Shown in pieces: positions 23,575 to 37,161 of a stretch of 64,000 bases of DNA. Source of the DNA: Hormiphora californensis (taxonomy: Eukaryota; Animalia; Ctenophora). Numbering within the stretch: the first letter of the stretch is position 1; each line of letters starts with the position of its first letter. The DNA is taken from contig CM035357.1 in the NCBI GenBank assembly GCA_020137815.1, positions 4,898,001 through 4,962,000 of the forward strand, read 5' to 3'. The notes beneath the pieces were generated by a model. That model had not been told where the DNA came from, made no database searches, and saw nothing but the letters and a program-made list of their open reading frames with translations. The position numbers and the translations under genes were made by a program.

Positions 23575-24650
23575 TCAGCAACTCCCTACTGGGTAGTACC
23601 CCAGTGGGTACTCTCTTATGTCAAATAGCATGTCCGCCCCTGGATTTCGGAAAAAGTGTATCTGAGACTGGAGACATCTCCGGTTTTTGATAAGGTAGAT
23701 ACTTCAAATTTGTTTGTTAGGAAGAACTTGTCATGGTTTTCAATACCTCCAAGTTTTAAGTCTCTAACTTATCAGAATATTAGGGGGTGGAGCTATGATC
23801 TGTGATGGAAAAAGGGGAGGGTAGTTAAAAAATTCGACTTTTTGCACACTTTTCTCTCTTAAAAAGTTTTAAAAAAAGTAACTGAATTCAGTTACTTTTT
23901 TTTTGCTTCAGCTGAAGAAGCAACTTAACTTGCGCGCGCACGCGACATTGTCCTTCGCAGCGTTTATGTTCAGAAAAAGCGCGCTACTTCCGGCCGGAAC
24001 AATTTAAATATGCTTTAACTAGAGTCCGCCCACCAGTGGACAGAGAAACCGCCACCAATGTGCCATTGCTTGCAATGTGCCAGTGCTTGCAATGTGCCAG
24101 TGCTTGAAGTGTGCAAAGTGATTGAAGAGCTGTCTGGCGGCGCCAGACCCCAATTTGATTCTCAGATGGGTCGCGGCGCCAGACAGTTGAAGAGAGACTT
24201 TTAAACGTCTGGTTTCCGGGTTTGGGGGTGCCACCGCCACCAATGTGCCAGTGCTTGCAATGCATGCCAGTGCTTGAAGTGTGCAAAGTGATTGAAGAGA
24301 GACTTTTACACGTCTGGTTTCCGGGTTTGGGGGTATAAATATGTGCCAATATTTGAGTTAGATCTCAGATCAAAGCTCAGCATCTGTCAGGCCAATGCTC
24401 TGACCACAGTTCTCGCTTGGTATCGAAGATACCTCACACTCAGGCCGCTTCGCGGCCTTCGTTTGGCGTGCTTCGCACGCCGCGCCGGCAAGGGAGGGGT
24501 AACTTCGTTACCAAAGTTCTCGCGCGCTCTGACAGCTCAGCATGCAACCTGACTTTCAGTGTTGCATTGATCTAGCTTGCCAGGTTAGACTGTTTTTCGG
24601 ACGCCCCGTAATGTAAAGGGAGGGTTAGAACATAACAAGATCTAGCTGAT
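23575..24650. mobile_element. Probable composite non-autonomous DNA element(s), Helitron/HINE-like
   Basis: Short inverted ends (ATCAGC / GCTGAT), terminal hairpins (CTACTGGG...CCCAGTGG; GGCCGCTTCGCGGCC; GGCGTGCTTCGCACGCC) and internal tandem duplications (CAATGTGCCAGTGCTTG; 24050-24130 vs 24232-24300). No ORF. Confidence 0.35.
24131..24187. repeat. Short palindromic dispersed repeat (also ~25936-25973 partial and ~29346-29411)
   Basis: CTGTCTGGCGGCGCCAGACCCCAATTTGATTCTCAGATGGGTCGCGGCGCCAGACAG; related copies occur in both orientations within the window. Confidence 0.7.
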
Positions 24651-25116
24651 TATATACCCTGCTAACTTAAATAATGCGCCAGTGGCGAGAAGTCCCACTA
24701 GCGCGCTCTCGATAACCAGCCAGTCCAGCGGCAGATTATTTCCCACTGGCAGGTTATTTATTTTTAACTCCTATGTTACATTCAAAGTGTGTGTAAATGA
24801 TCAGTTCTTACTGAAATACAGAGGGAACACTGTTTGGAAGAGTTACACACTAAATTGGAGAGAAAGAAACAACACATTCCGTCAATTACTCTCTCTTTAT
24901 CTTCCCTTTTGTTTCACTATCTCAATTCCTCTGTGTTATGTCTGGCATGCCCCATATCTTGTTATTTCTTTCTCTCTCTCCTTAGTAACTGTTACCAAAC
25001 AATGTACACTCAATTGAGAGATGTTTTTGACTGTTTCTCAGTTCTCTTTGTGTGTTTTGATTAGTGTTCTCTCTCTTGTTAGTGTGTAATACTTGTAACA
25101 AACAACTAAAGCAGGG

Positions 25117-25322
25117 TATATAACCCATAAACTCTTGCCACAGACGCGTTATAGGTTTAAACCCCTCCGCCTCTCCCTCGGCTACGCCTCGGGATCGTCG
25201 TCGTGATTTAAACCAGTTTATCCGCCAGTGGCGGATAAACTACAGCTACCTTCTCCCAGCGGCGCGCTGGGAGAAAGGTATCTGAAATAACGCGCCACTG
25301 GCAAGAGTTTATGCCTCATATA
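25117..25322. mobile_element. Small MITE-like element with internal hairpins
   Basis: CATAAACTCTTGCCA ... TGGCAAGAGTTTATG inverted ends flanked by TATA. Internal hairpins are AGTTTATCCGCCAGTGGCGGATAAACT and CCTTCTCCCAGCG...CGCTGGGAGAAAGG, plus a CTCGGCTACGCCTCG motif. Confidence 0.65.
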
Positions 25323-25458
25323 ACAATAATAATATTCTGATACCTGTTGCATTGATCTGTTATGTTTTGCTCCCATTCAATTCAGTGTTACCCCATTCAG
25401 TGTTACCCCATTCAGTTCAGTGTTACCCAAGTTTTATAACCCAATACTATATCCCAGA

Positions 25459-25752
25459 ATGAAGGTATTCCTTGTTGCCCTGATCGCCCTGGTGGCCATG
25501 GCCTCTGCCCGCCCCCATCTGGCCCTCTTCGAGCATCCCCACTTCAAGGGACACCGTCACAACATCCATGGACCCCAGCCATGGGTTGGTGGATTCAACG
25601 ATAAGGCTTCCAGTTGGCACGCACAACGCGGTAACTGGGATTGCTTTGAGCATGGTCATTTCCGAGGCCGAAAATTCCGAATGCCCCAAGGACAGCGCAG
25701 GCCCGTTATGCCCGGATTTGACAACATGATCTCCTCTTGCCGCCCCCATTAA
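25459..25752 (+). CDS. Secreted single-domain betagamma-crystallin protein (97 aa)
   Basis: Signal peptide MKVFLVALIALVAMASA, then two Greek-key motifs: LFEHPHFKG...FNDKASSW and CFEHGHFRG...FDNMISSCR. Single coding exon with a cccag acceptor 1 nt before the ATG. Confidence 0.85.
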   Translation: MKVFLVALIALVAMASARPHLALFEHPHFKGHRHNIHGPQPWVGGFNDKASSWHAQRGNWDCFEHGHFRGRKFRMPQGQRRPVMPGFDNMISSCRPH

Positions 25753-26046
25753 ATTCATATTATGAACTTTTACTATTACTAACGTAATTGAGATAACTTA
25801 GCTGTTTTAATTGTTTTCCGTTAGAGGATCTTATTGAAACCAAGCCTCATAATAGACATACACAGTACCTGTATGGTGGTGAGGGTGCGTGTCTTTTGAA
25901 GCCCACCCAGGGAAGTGGGCGGCAACAAAGGAAGTACCTGTATGGCGGCGCCATACCCCATTTGATTCTCAAATTACACGGTACACACTCTCTCTAGCAA
26001 TCGTTTTATGGAAGGTGTATAGGGGATAAATAATTCTATAATATTA

Positions 26047-26822
26047 GGGCGCGCACAGACTGTTCATGCGTGATCATGACTCATGTCCATAAGTGGGCAA
26101 GATTTTGATCAAGTCACGCAGACTGTTCAAGCTTGATCATCTGATCAAGCTTGGACAGTAAAAACTGAAACTTATTCATATCAAAGCAAAAACCACTGTA
26201 CCCGACTAATTTTGATACTCTGAATCACGTAAGCTAGTTTTCAAATCCTTCGGAGGTCGGGAAAGTGTCCTAATTGGGCATAATTGGGTCTAATTGACCC
26301 CACTTACAACTTGTCACCTGGAAATGACATGAGGGCACTTTTCCGACTAATTTTGATACGCTGAATCACATAAGCAACTTTTCCAAGCCCCCAGAGGTCG
26401 GGAAATGCCCTAATTGAGCAATTAAGGTCAATTAGATCCAATTATACTAAATTAGGACACTTTCCCGACCTCTGGGGGCGTGGATAAGTTGTTTGTGTGA
26501 TTCAGCGTATCAAAATTAGTCGGAAAAGTGCCCTCACATAAGCGTCTATTATTTCCAGGTGACAAGTTTTAAGTGGGGTCAATTAGACCCAATTATGCCC
26601 AATTAGAACACTTTCCTGACCTCTGACGGATTTGAAAACTAGCTGACGTGATTCAGAGTATTAAAATTAGCCGGGTACAGTGGTTTTCGCTTTGATATGA
26701 ATAAGTTTCAGTTTTTACTGTCCAAGCTTGATCAGATGATCAAGCTTGAACAGTCTGTGTGACTTGATCAAAATCTTGCCCACTTATGGACATGATCACG
26801 CATGAACAGTCTGTGCGCGCCC
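26047..26822. mobile_element. Near-perfect 776-bp palindromic MITE, TA-flanked
   Basis: TA|GGGCGCGCACAGACTGTTCATGCGTGATCATG ... CATGATCACGCATGAACAGTCTGTGCGCGCCC|TA; the arms pair almost to the centre (~26430). Confidence 0.9.
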
Positions 26823-26891
26823 TAGGCCCGTTCGCCCTACGGGCGAATTTTGGGGAAATGGTAGCTGGATTAGGGAACGCTGACATCACCT

Positions 26892-27711
26892 TAGGGTGTG
26901 CTAAGTGAAAATTTTGTCGACTTGGCCAAAAGGTTAAGGGTAGATATGAAACTATGGACAATTGTCTACTACATCCTGAAAACGGAATCGGGAAAGTGTA
27001 TGTCAATTACGTGGGCCAGGCGATTAAAAAAGTTTACTTTTTTACCGAAAAAAGGAAAATATGTGTGTTTTACACCAGTGTTTGGCATGTTCTTGATATC
27101 AACTTTTTATGGTCAGGGTCGTGTTCAGCGGTTTGATACCGATCAGAATGGATGTGTATCATGAAAGTTAGCCAAAGGTCATTTTTGACCTGAAAATGTT
27201 CATTTTGGACCAAAAATGTTCATTTTTGACTAAAAATGTTCATTTTGGCCGTTTTCTTCAATTTTGAGAGCTTTTTCATGAACGGGATCGTGTTCAGCAG
27301 GTCAAAAGTAGTCGGTTACAACCGGAATTTGGTTTCCGACAAATAAAATCTCAAAAAGTTAAAATTCGTCTCAACTAATACTGCAAAGTAGGAAAATGTG
27401 CAAGAAAAAAAGATGAAAAAAAAAAATTTTCATTATAAAATGGAGTTCTGATGGTGCAGACTGGAAATAATGGTTGTACTGGTTCTCATGAGGCGATTCA
27501 TATGTGTGGTTTTTTCGAAATAACGCCCCAAAAAACATTTTTTGATATGAATATGCCCATATATGGGCATACATCGGCCCACGTAATTGGGCCAGGGTAG
27601 GACTAAAATTTTTTTACCAAATGTTTTAGAATGATCGTAGGAACTCATTCTAGGGGTAAACTTTGTGAAAATTGGATTTGATTTATGAGTTGGGAAAAAT
27701 AGCACACCCTG
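26892..27711. mobile_element. Non-autonomous hAT-like element
   Basis: Termini TAGGGTGTGCTA / TAGCACACCCTG; ATCACCT duplicated at 26885-26891 and 27712-27718. Confidence 0.7.
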
Positions 27712-27960
27712 ATCACCTGCACCATCCGTTCCTAGCCTATCTCTCACTTTCTCCCTACCCATGTTGTTGTACGCTCGACTGGGCTTCCTGACAATGTCAA
27801 GGTGCGAGTTTAAGAGAATAAGAGATCGATGTCATGGAGGTGCAGTGCTGTTCCAGAAACTCATCACGTGAAAACTTGGCCGCTAATCGCTATGTAGCCG
27901 ATTCGGAGATTTCTATATTCGACTGGAGTAATCACCCTTAGGCGACGTTGGGTAAAGCTA

Positions 27961-28692
27961 GGGTAGACTGGGGTAAAATGGTCCACTTTTTAACGTTTTA
28001 GGTTCTAAAATACGCAATTCATACAGCAGGAAGAAAAAAAATTATATAGGCTATCCAATGAAACATTTTCCTTTCAGACGAGCTAAATTTTAAAATCTGA
28101 AAGTTTTATTTAGTAGGTTAATTAATCAATTCCTAAAATTTGGTAGGGCTTTTTTTGGAAATCTTGCACTGGGGTAAAATGGTCCCGCCAATAGCATTGC
28201 TCGATTTTATCACGTGCCTGGTGTTGTTAGAGCACTCGGGTAAAATGGTCCATGTTATCTTCAGTAATTTCTGTTCTGCTGGACCATTTTACCCCAGTGT
28301 GCTGGACCATTTTACCCCAGTGTGGTATCACGTGGTATTGGAGGCTCGATTTCATTGGTCCCAGGGTGAACCATTTTACCCCAGAGAGGGTGAACCATTT
28401 TACCCCAGTTTGACTAATTTGACAATTTAATCAACTAAATAGTGGGTTTTTTGAAAAATTTTATACCAAGTTTAAGAAGGATAAAAACCCTAACTGGCAG
28501 TTTTTGCAAAATTAAAATCGGCCAACTCAAACTGAAATTACAGCAGTTTTAAAGCAAAAATTCGGAACAGAACGAGCAGGTCTCCGCAGGAGAAAAATTC
28601 ACGTGACTACATGTAATAACTAGGACCATTTTACCCCATACATGTGCCATTTTGGCATTTTACCCCGTGGACCATTTTACCCCAGTTTACCC
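27961..28692. mobile_element. MITE with TA TSD (Tc1/mariner-pogo-like)
   Basis: TA|GGGTAGACTGGGGTAAAATGGTCCA ... TGGACCATTTTACCCCAGTTTACCC|TA, with multiple internal GGTAAAATGGTCC / GGACCATTTTACCCC motifs. Confidence 0.88.
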
Positions 28693-29874
28693 TATCCGTA
28701 GTCGTTGATTGTCTCGCTTGAACACGTTGGCGTAATCTGTCACATTCTCTAGCCTGCTCCCTGACAGCAGCAGATCTTCTGGACCTATATAACCGTTGCC
28801 GAATAGCGCTTGCAGTGGAAGAGCTGGACATCAGGGCAAAAGTAAAAGAATCCACGTGCAGAATTGAATTGGCCCTTGGTACCCAACTACAACCGGCAGA
28901 TAGGTCTCCAAGTCCCTCTAATAATTGCACGTGCAGACAGAGTTGCTAGGTGATCTCCGTTACACAATTTGCTTAGTAAGTAGTATGATTGTTCAGTGTC
29001 CCCCATCTGCCTCACTTGATGGGGACATGGTATCCATATGATTTATGAAGATTTAGTAAGTCAAACAACAGTATTTCAGTGTGTGATAACCATGACAGAG
29101 GGAGCTATACAAACACAGCAGATACACACTCAGATTACACAAACTTTCCACGACATTTTCAGAAATCTAAGCACTATGACTAAGTAGTACTACTACTAGT
29201 AGTTAGGCGGATGCCATTTGTATTCATGATACTAGCTGAATATATGAGACAGAAAATTATAGGACGAGAAACCCGAACAGTAAACAGTAGGTACCTCAAC
29301 CTGGAAGTCTAACTGGATTCTTTGGACAGCTTCCTTGATGTAGAACTGTCTGGCGCCGCGACCCCATCTGAGCGCACTGAGCATCAAATGGGGTATGGCG
29401 CCGACATACAGATGTGCAACAGTCTTCGTCCTGTATCAAATTTAAATAAGTAGTATCGGGCAAAAACAATAAATACCCAGTAATTCTCGATCTCCCTCTT
29501 TTTACACACACTCTCTCTAAGAAACAAGGATAAAATACACACTTTCCCTCCCTTTCAAATTCTTTCATATTATTTCTCTCTCGGGGAGAGGGCCGGGAAA
29601 CCCTGAAAGAGTTTTATTTTTCTGTCGGTATAACAGTTAACTATAATACAGTCACCCCTCACAGCAAGCCACACACTACACCCTTCATTTTCACTTCTTT
29701 TGGACAATTACAAACAAAGTTCTCACAGCCTCCGTTTAAATATAATATGAAACCCGTTAATATAGTTGTCTGTAATGTGTGGCGTGCTAGAATTTATCAA
29801 ACAGTCTTTATCTCCCCTCACACTCTTGTTGATGGTGTGGAGATCTAGTGGTTGGTGTTGTCCCTTTTTTTTTA

Positions 29875-33532
<3,658 letters not shown>

Positions 33533-34748
33533 AGCTGTAGAGAAATATAGTGATAGAGAGGGAGAGGGATAGAGAGATGGCGAGGGAGGGAGAGAAGGCG
33601 AGGGAGGGATAGAGATAGGGAGCGAGCGAGAGAGGGAGGGGAGCGAGAGAGGGAGGGGAGAGAAAGGGAGATAGAGCGAGAGAGAGGGAGGGGAGCGAGA
33701 GAGGGAGGGGAGAGAAATGCACTCAGCAGTTGCAGCATTCGGTTCAATACAAAACACATACACACTACACATTTGAAACAATAGTATGTAGTAGTAATCG
33801 ATGCACCACCACTGTGTGTATTCTACTGTTATATAGCCTGTGAAATTTTCCAACGTGCACACTCTACCACACACACATGTGTGCTCACTGTCCACTATTG
33901 AATTGTGTACACACACTTTTCCCGCACACACTGAATATCGGACACTGGAAAATGTGCAGATACATGAGGGAGAGAGAGGTGGGATGGAGGCAAGGAGGGG
34001 ACATGAAGAAAGGGGGACATGGAGGAAAACATTGGATGTCGGAGGGAGAAGGGGTTGGAGACATTGGAATTGGGTGGGAGAAAGGGATTGAGATAAGAGA
34101 AAGATATTTTGGGGAGCTTGTTTTATCAGAAAAACGCTTGAAACTGTTGTGTTATTTAGATGAATTTTGTATAAATTAGCAAATAGCAATAATCATTTAC
34201 CAGAAATCAGCTAATAAACAAGAATTATTGCATTATGTGTTCATAATGCTGAGTTTCCCTGCCCTACCGTTTCACATGTCAGTGACATTGTCACTGCCAA
34301 CAGGATCAAGGCTTGGTCATAATGTAATGTGAGATGCATACGATCTAGCTGTCAGTATACTTCTCACATAGCTTAGAGTTAGCTAACTCCCAATCACATG
34401 ACACTTGCTAACCAGCTTTTGACATTCCAACTTAACTACTTATCTAACATCTCACACTCGACTCGCAAGATGAAAATGTGTATGTAACACGCGAAACGCG
34501 CGGCAGAGCATTTCATGTTTTGTTGAGTGGCGCGCGCACACACGTCCATCAAACTGTGTCAATGAGGTGTTTGATGAAGGAGTAGCTCGTCACTGTGCGC
34601 GCGGCTCTAGTTGCTACACCGTTGCCCCTCGCGACAAAAGTGTGACCAAAATGGTCCCTCTACCGATTAGTTAGTATACCAAAATGTCGTTTTCGAATTC
34701 TAACCCTGCCGGGCAGGGAAAAAATTAAAATGTTGACAATCAAAACCT

Positions 34749-35618
34749 GGTAAGTCGGAAGAACCTGTCCGTTCCTCTCATGAGCGCTCATGAGTGTATC
34801 ATGAGTGTGTCATGAGTGTATCATGAGTGTATCATGAGCGCTCATGAGACGTTTTTAGGTGTTTCAACGTCTCATGAGCGCTCATGAGTGTATCATGAGT
34901 GTGTCATGAGTGTATCATGAGCGCTCATGAGTGCTCATGAGACCTTGCTCATGAGCGCTCATGAGACATATGTCTCATCCCATCTCTGTTTCAATGTCTC
35001 ATGAGCGCTCATGAGACGTTTTGACCTACATGTGCTCATGAGTGTATCATGAGACATGTCTCATGAGACATATGTCTCATGACACGTTAGGGTTATGGTT
35101 ATGGTTGGGTTTAGGGTTGGGCTAGGGTTAGGGCTTTCCTTTAGGTCTAGGGACCCGTAGAGGGTAGGGCTAGGTCCAAGCCTATGGGTCAACCCTAACC
35201 CTATCCCTACGGGTCTCTAGACCTAAAGGATAACCCTAACCCTAGCCCAACCGTAAACCCAACCCTAACCCTAACCCTAACGTCTCATGAGACATATGTC
35301 TCATGAGACATGTCTCATGATACACTCATGAGCACATGTAGGTCAAAACGTCTCATGAGCGCTCATGAGACATTGAAACAGAGATGGGATGAGACATATG
35401 TCTCATGAGCGCTCATGAGCAAGGTCTCATGAGCACTCATGAGCGCTCATGATACACTCATGACACACTCATGATACACTCATGAGCGCTCATGAGACGT
35501 TGAAACACCTAAAAACGTCTCATGAGCGCTCATGATACACTCATGATACACTCATGACACACTCATGATACACTCATGAGCGCTCATGAGAGGAACGGAC
35601 AGGTTCTTCCGACTTACC
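34749..35618. mobile_element. 870-bp palindromic MITE, 8-bp TSD, GGTAA termini (Merlin-like), with CTCATGAG repeats and telomere-like repeats
   Basis: CAAAACCT|GGTAAGTCGGAAGAACCTGTCCG ... CGGACAGGTTCTTCCGACTTACC|CAAAACCT. The arms are built of TCATGA-containing ~12-bp units. TTAGGG-like units at ~35086-35133 and CCCTAA-like units at ~35231-35281. Confidence 0.92.
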
Positions 35619-35755
35619 CAAAACCTTACATCTAATAAACATCCTTCAGACTCTATTAGACCCTTTAGACGCCATAAGCGGAGTGGGGGACTGGGATGTA
35701 GTTTTTTCATATTATTGCATTTTGTACTGTCCTGTGTTACTCTTTCAACCAATGA

Positions 35756-37046
35756 GGAGGGTGAGATTCCTTCCCACGCCCTTGAGATGCAGGCCGCGGC
35801 TAATGTCTATTTTTTTAGATAGCAATAGTGTCCTACAGACCAGGCAGGGAATCTTCAGGGGTGACCCGGCATACCCCGGGGTAAACCATGAAGCTCTTGA
35901 ACTGCCTGGAGCATCTCACATACCACTCCAAGGAAACAGAGCTGCCCTCCTTGGGTGGTGTGTTTTTCTCTCTTCCTGTCTCTAATCCGCTCATGACTCA
36001 TCTCTCTCTGAATAGAGATACCCCCGGCCGGTATTACACCATCTCCCCAGCCTTGTGCACTGGGCCAAAGTAGATGGCTAAATACCGGCCAAAACCCGTC
36101 CTCCAGCAAAAGTCCAGGCTGGAGGAGGTCTAATCTCAACTGGCCCCCATCTACCTACTGTCCACCTAGCCTCTGGACAGGTATAAAAGGTCTAACAAGC
36201 TAGGTCATAACTGGTCAGCTACCACCGACTCTCGGCAAAATTCCCACGCCGAGGTCGAGATAAACTCAAGGGGTGTTTCCGTAGCCCAACAGGGAGAAAC
36301 TACACTAACCAGTAGCCTCGCTACTACCTACGCTTCTTCAAAAGTCCATGAGAAGCGTAGGAGATTCCCAAATGGCGATTACCCCCCAAACGATGAAGGT
36401 AACAAACCAACATCATCATTCTCTACCAACAAACAAGCCTCCACAAAAACCTGATCAACAAACAGAACAAACCACTATCTCACACTATAAAACAAATTTC
36501 TATGAGTGACGCACATAGATACCGAACCCACTAAACTTTCCACACGCCAGAGTTCCGTTTTGGGAAGGAACCTGCCCTAACTACCCCATGAACGGCCGGA
36601 CGCTGCATCTGCATCATGAACAAAAAGTGATGTTCCATGAACCCCCATGGAGTACTGATTACAAATCAGAGGTTGGCAGCGCAAAATCTACAAAGGTGCC
36701 ATAGTCAATGGAGCGTCCGAATTGTCCTAGCCAAGGCCACATTGAAAGCGATCAATGCTGAGATACCACTCACCAAGGATCGCTGGAGATATCCGAGACT
36801 GGCACAATGTGAAAACAGTGCTGGTGCGGTCCTCCTCATGAGACCTATCAAGACAGTTATGGGAGACGATTCCACCCTTATCTCTAAATCCATGGACATA
36901 AGACGGAGGAAGAATACTCTCCCGGGGGAAAGAGGAAACTCTGGAACCTGAGCTCCGTCCATCTCGGGCGTGAGGAACTGGCTGCCTGACGGGATAAAAA
37001 CTCAAGTGGAGGACCGGAAGCGGAGGCACATACAACAACAACAAAA
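35756..37046 (+). mobile_element. 1.29-kb non-autonomous non-LTR retroelement, copy 2, 13-bp TSD
   Basis: Same 5' end (GAGGGTGAGATTCCTTCCCACG) and (CAA)n tail as copy 1. TTTCAACCAATGA duplicated at 35743-35755 and 37047-37059. Confidence 0.88.
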
Positions 37047-37161
37047 TTTCAACCAATGAACAATTTCTAAAACTTTAAAACACTTTAAAACTTCAATTTT
37101 CATCCGCTTTATCTTCTCACACATTTCGGGCCACATTTCTCTCTAAATCTCTCCATCTCTC

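Noticed and set aside
27780-28830. Possible degenerate Helitron Rep N-terminus on the minus strand (REQARECDRLRQR...AAKFSRDE) split by the MITE
   Set aside because: The similarity is too weak and broken by stops, and no Rep or helicase motifs are visible.
35086-35281. Head-to-head telomeric repeats as a chromosome fusion scar
   Set aside because: The tracts are short and degenerate and form a symmetric part of a palindromic element bounded by an 8-bp TSD.
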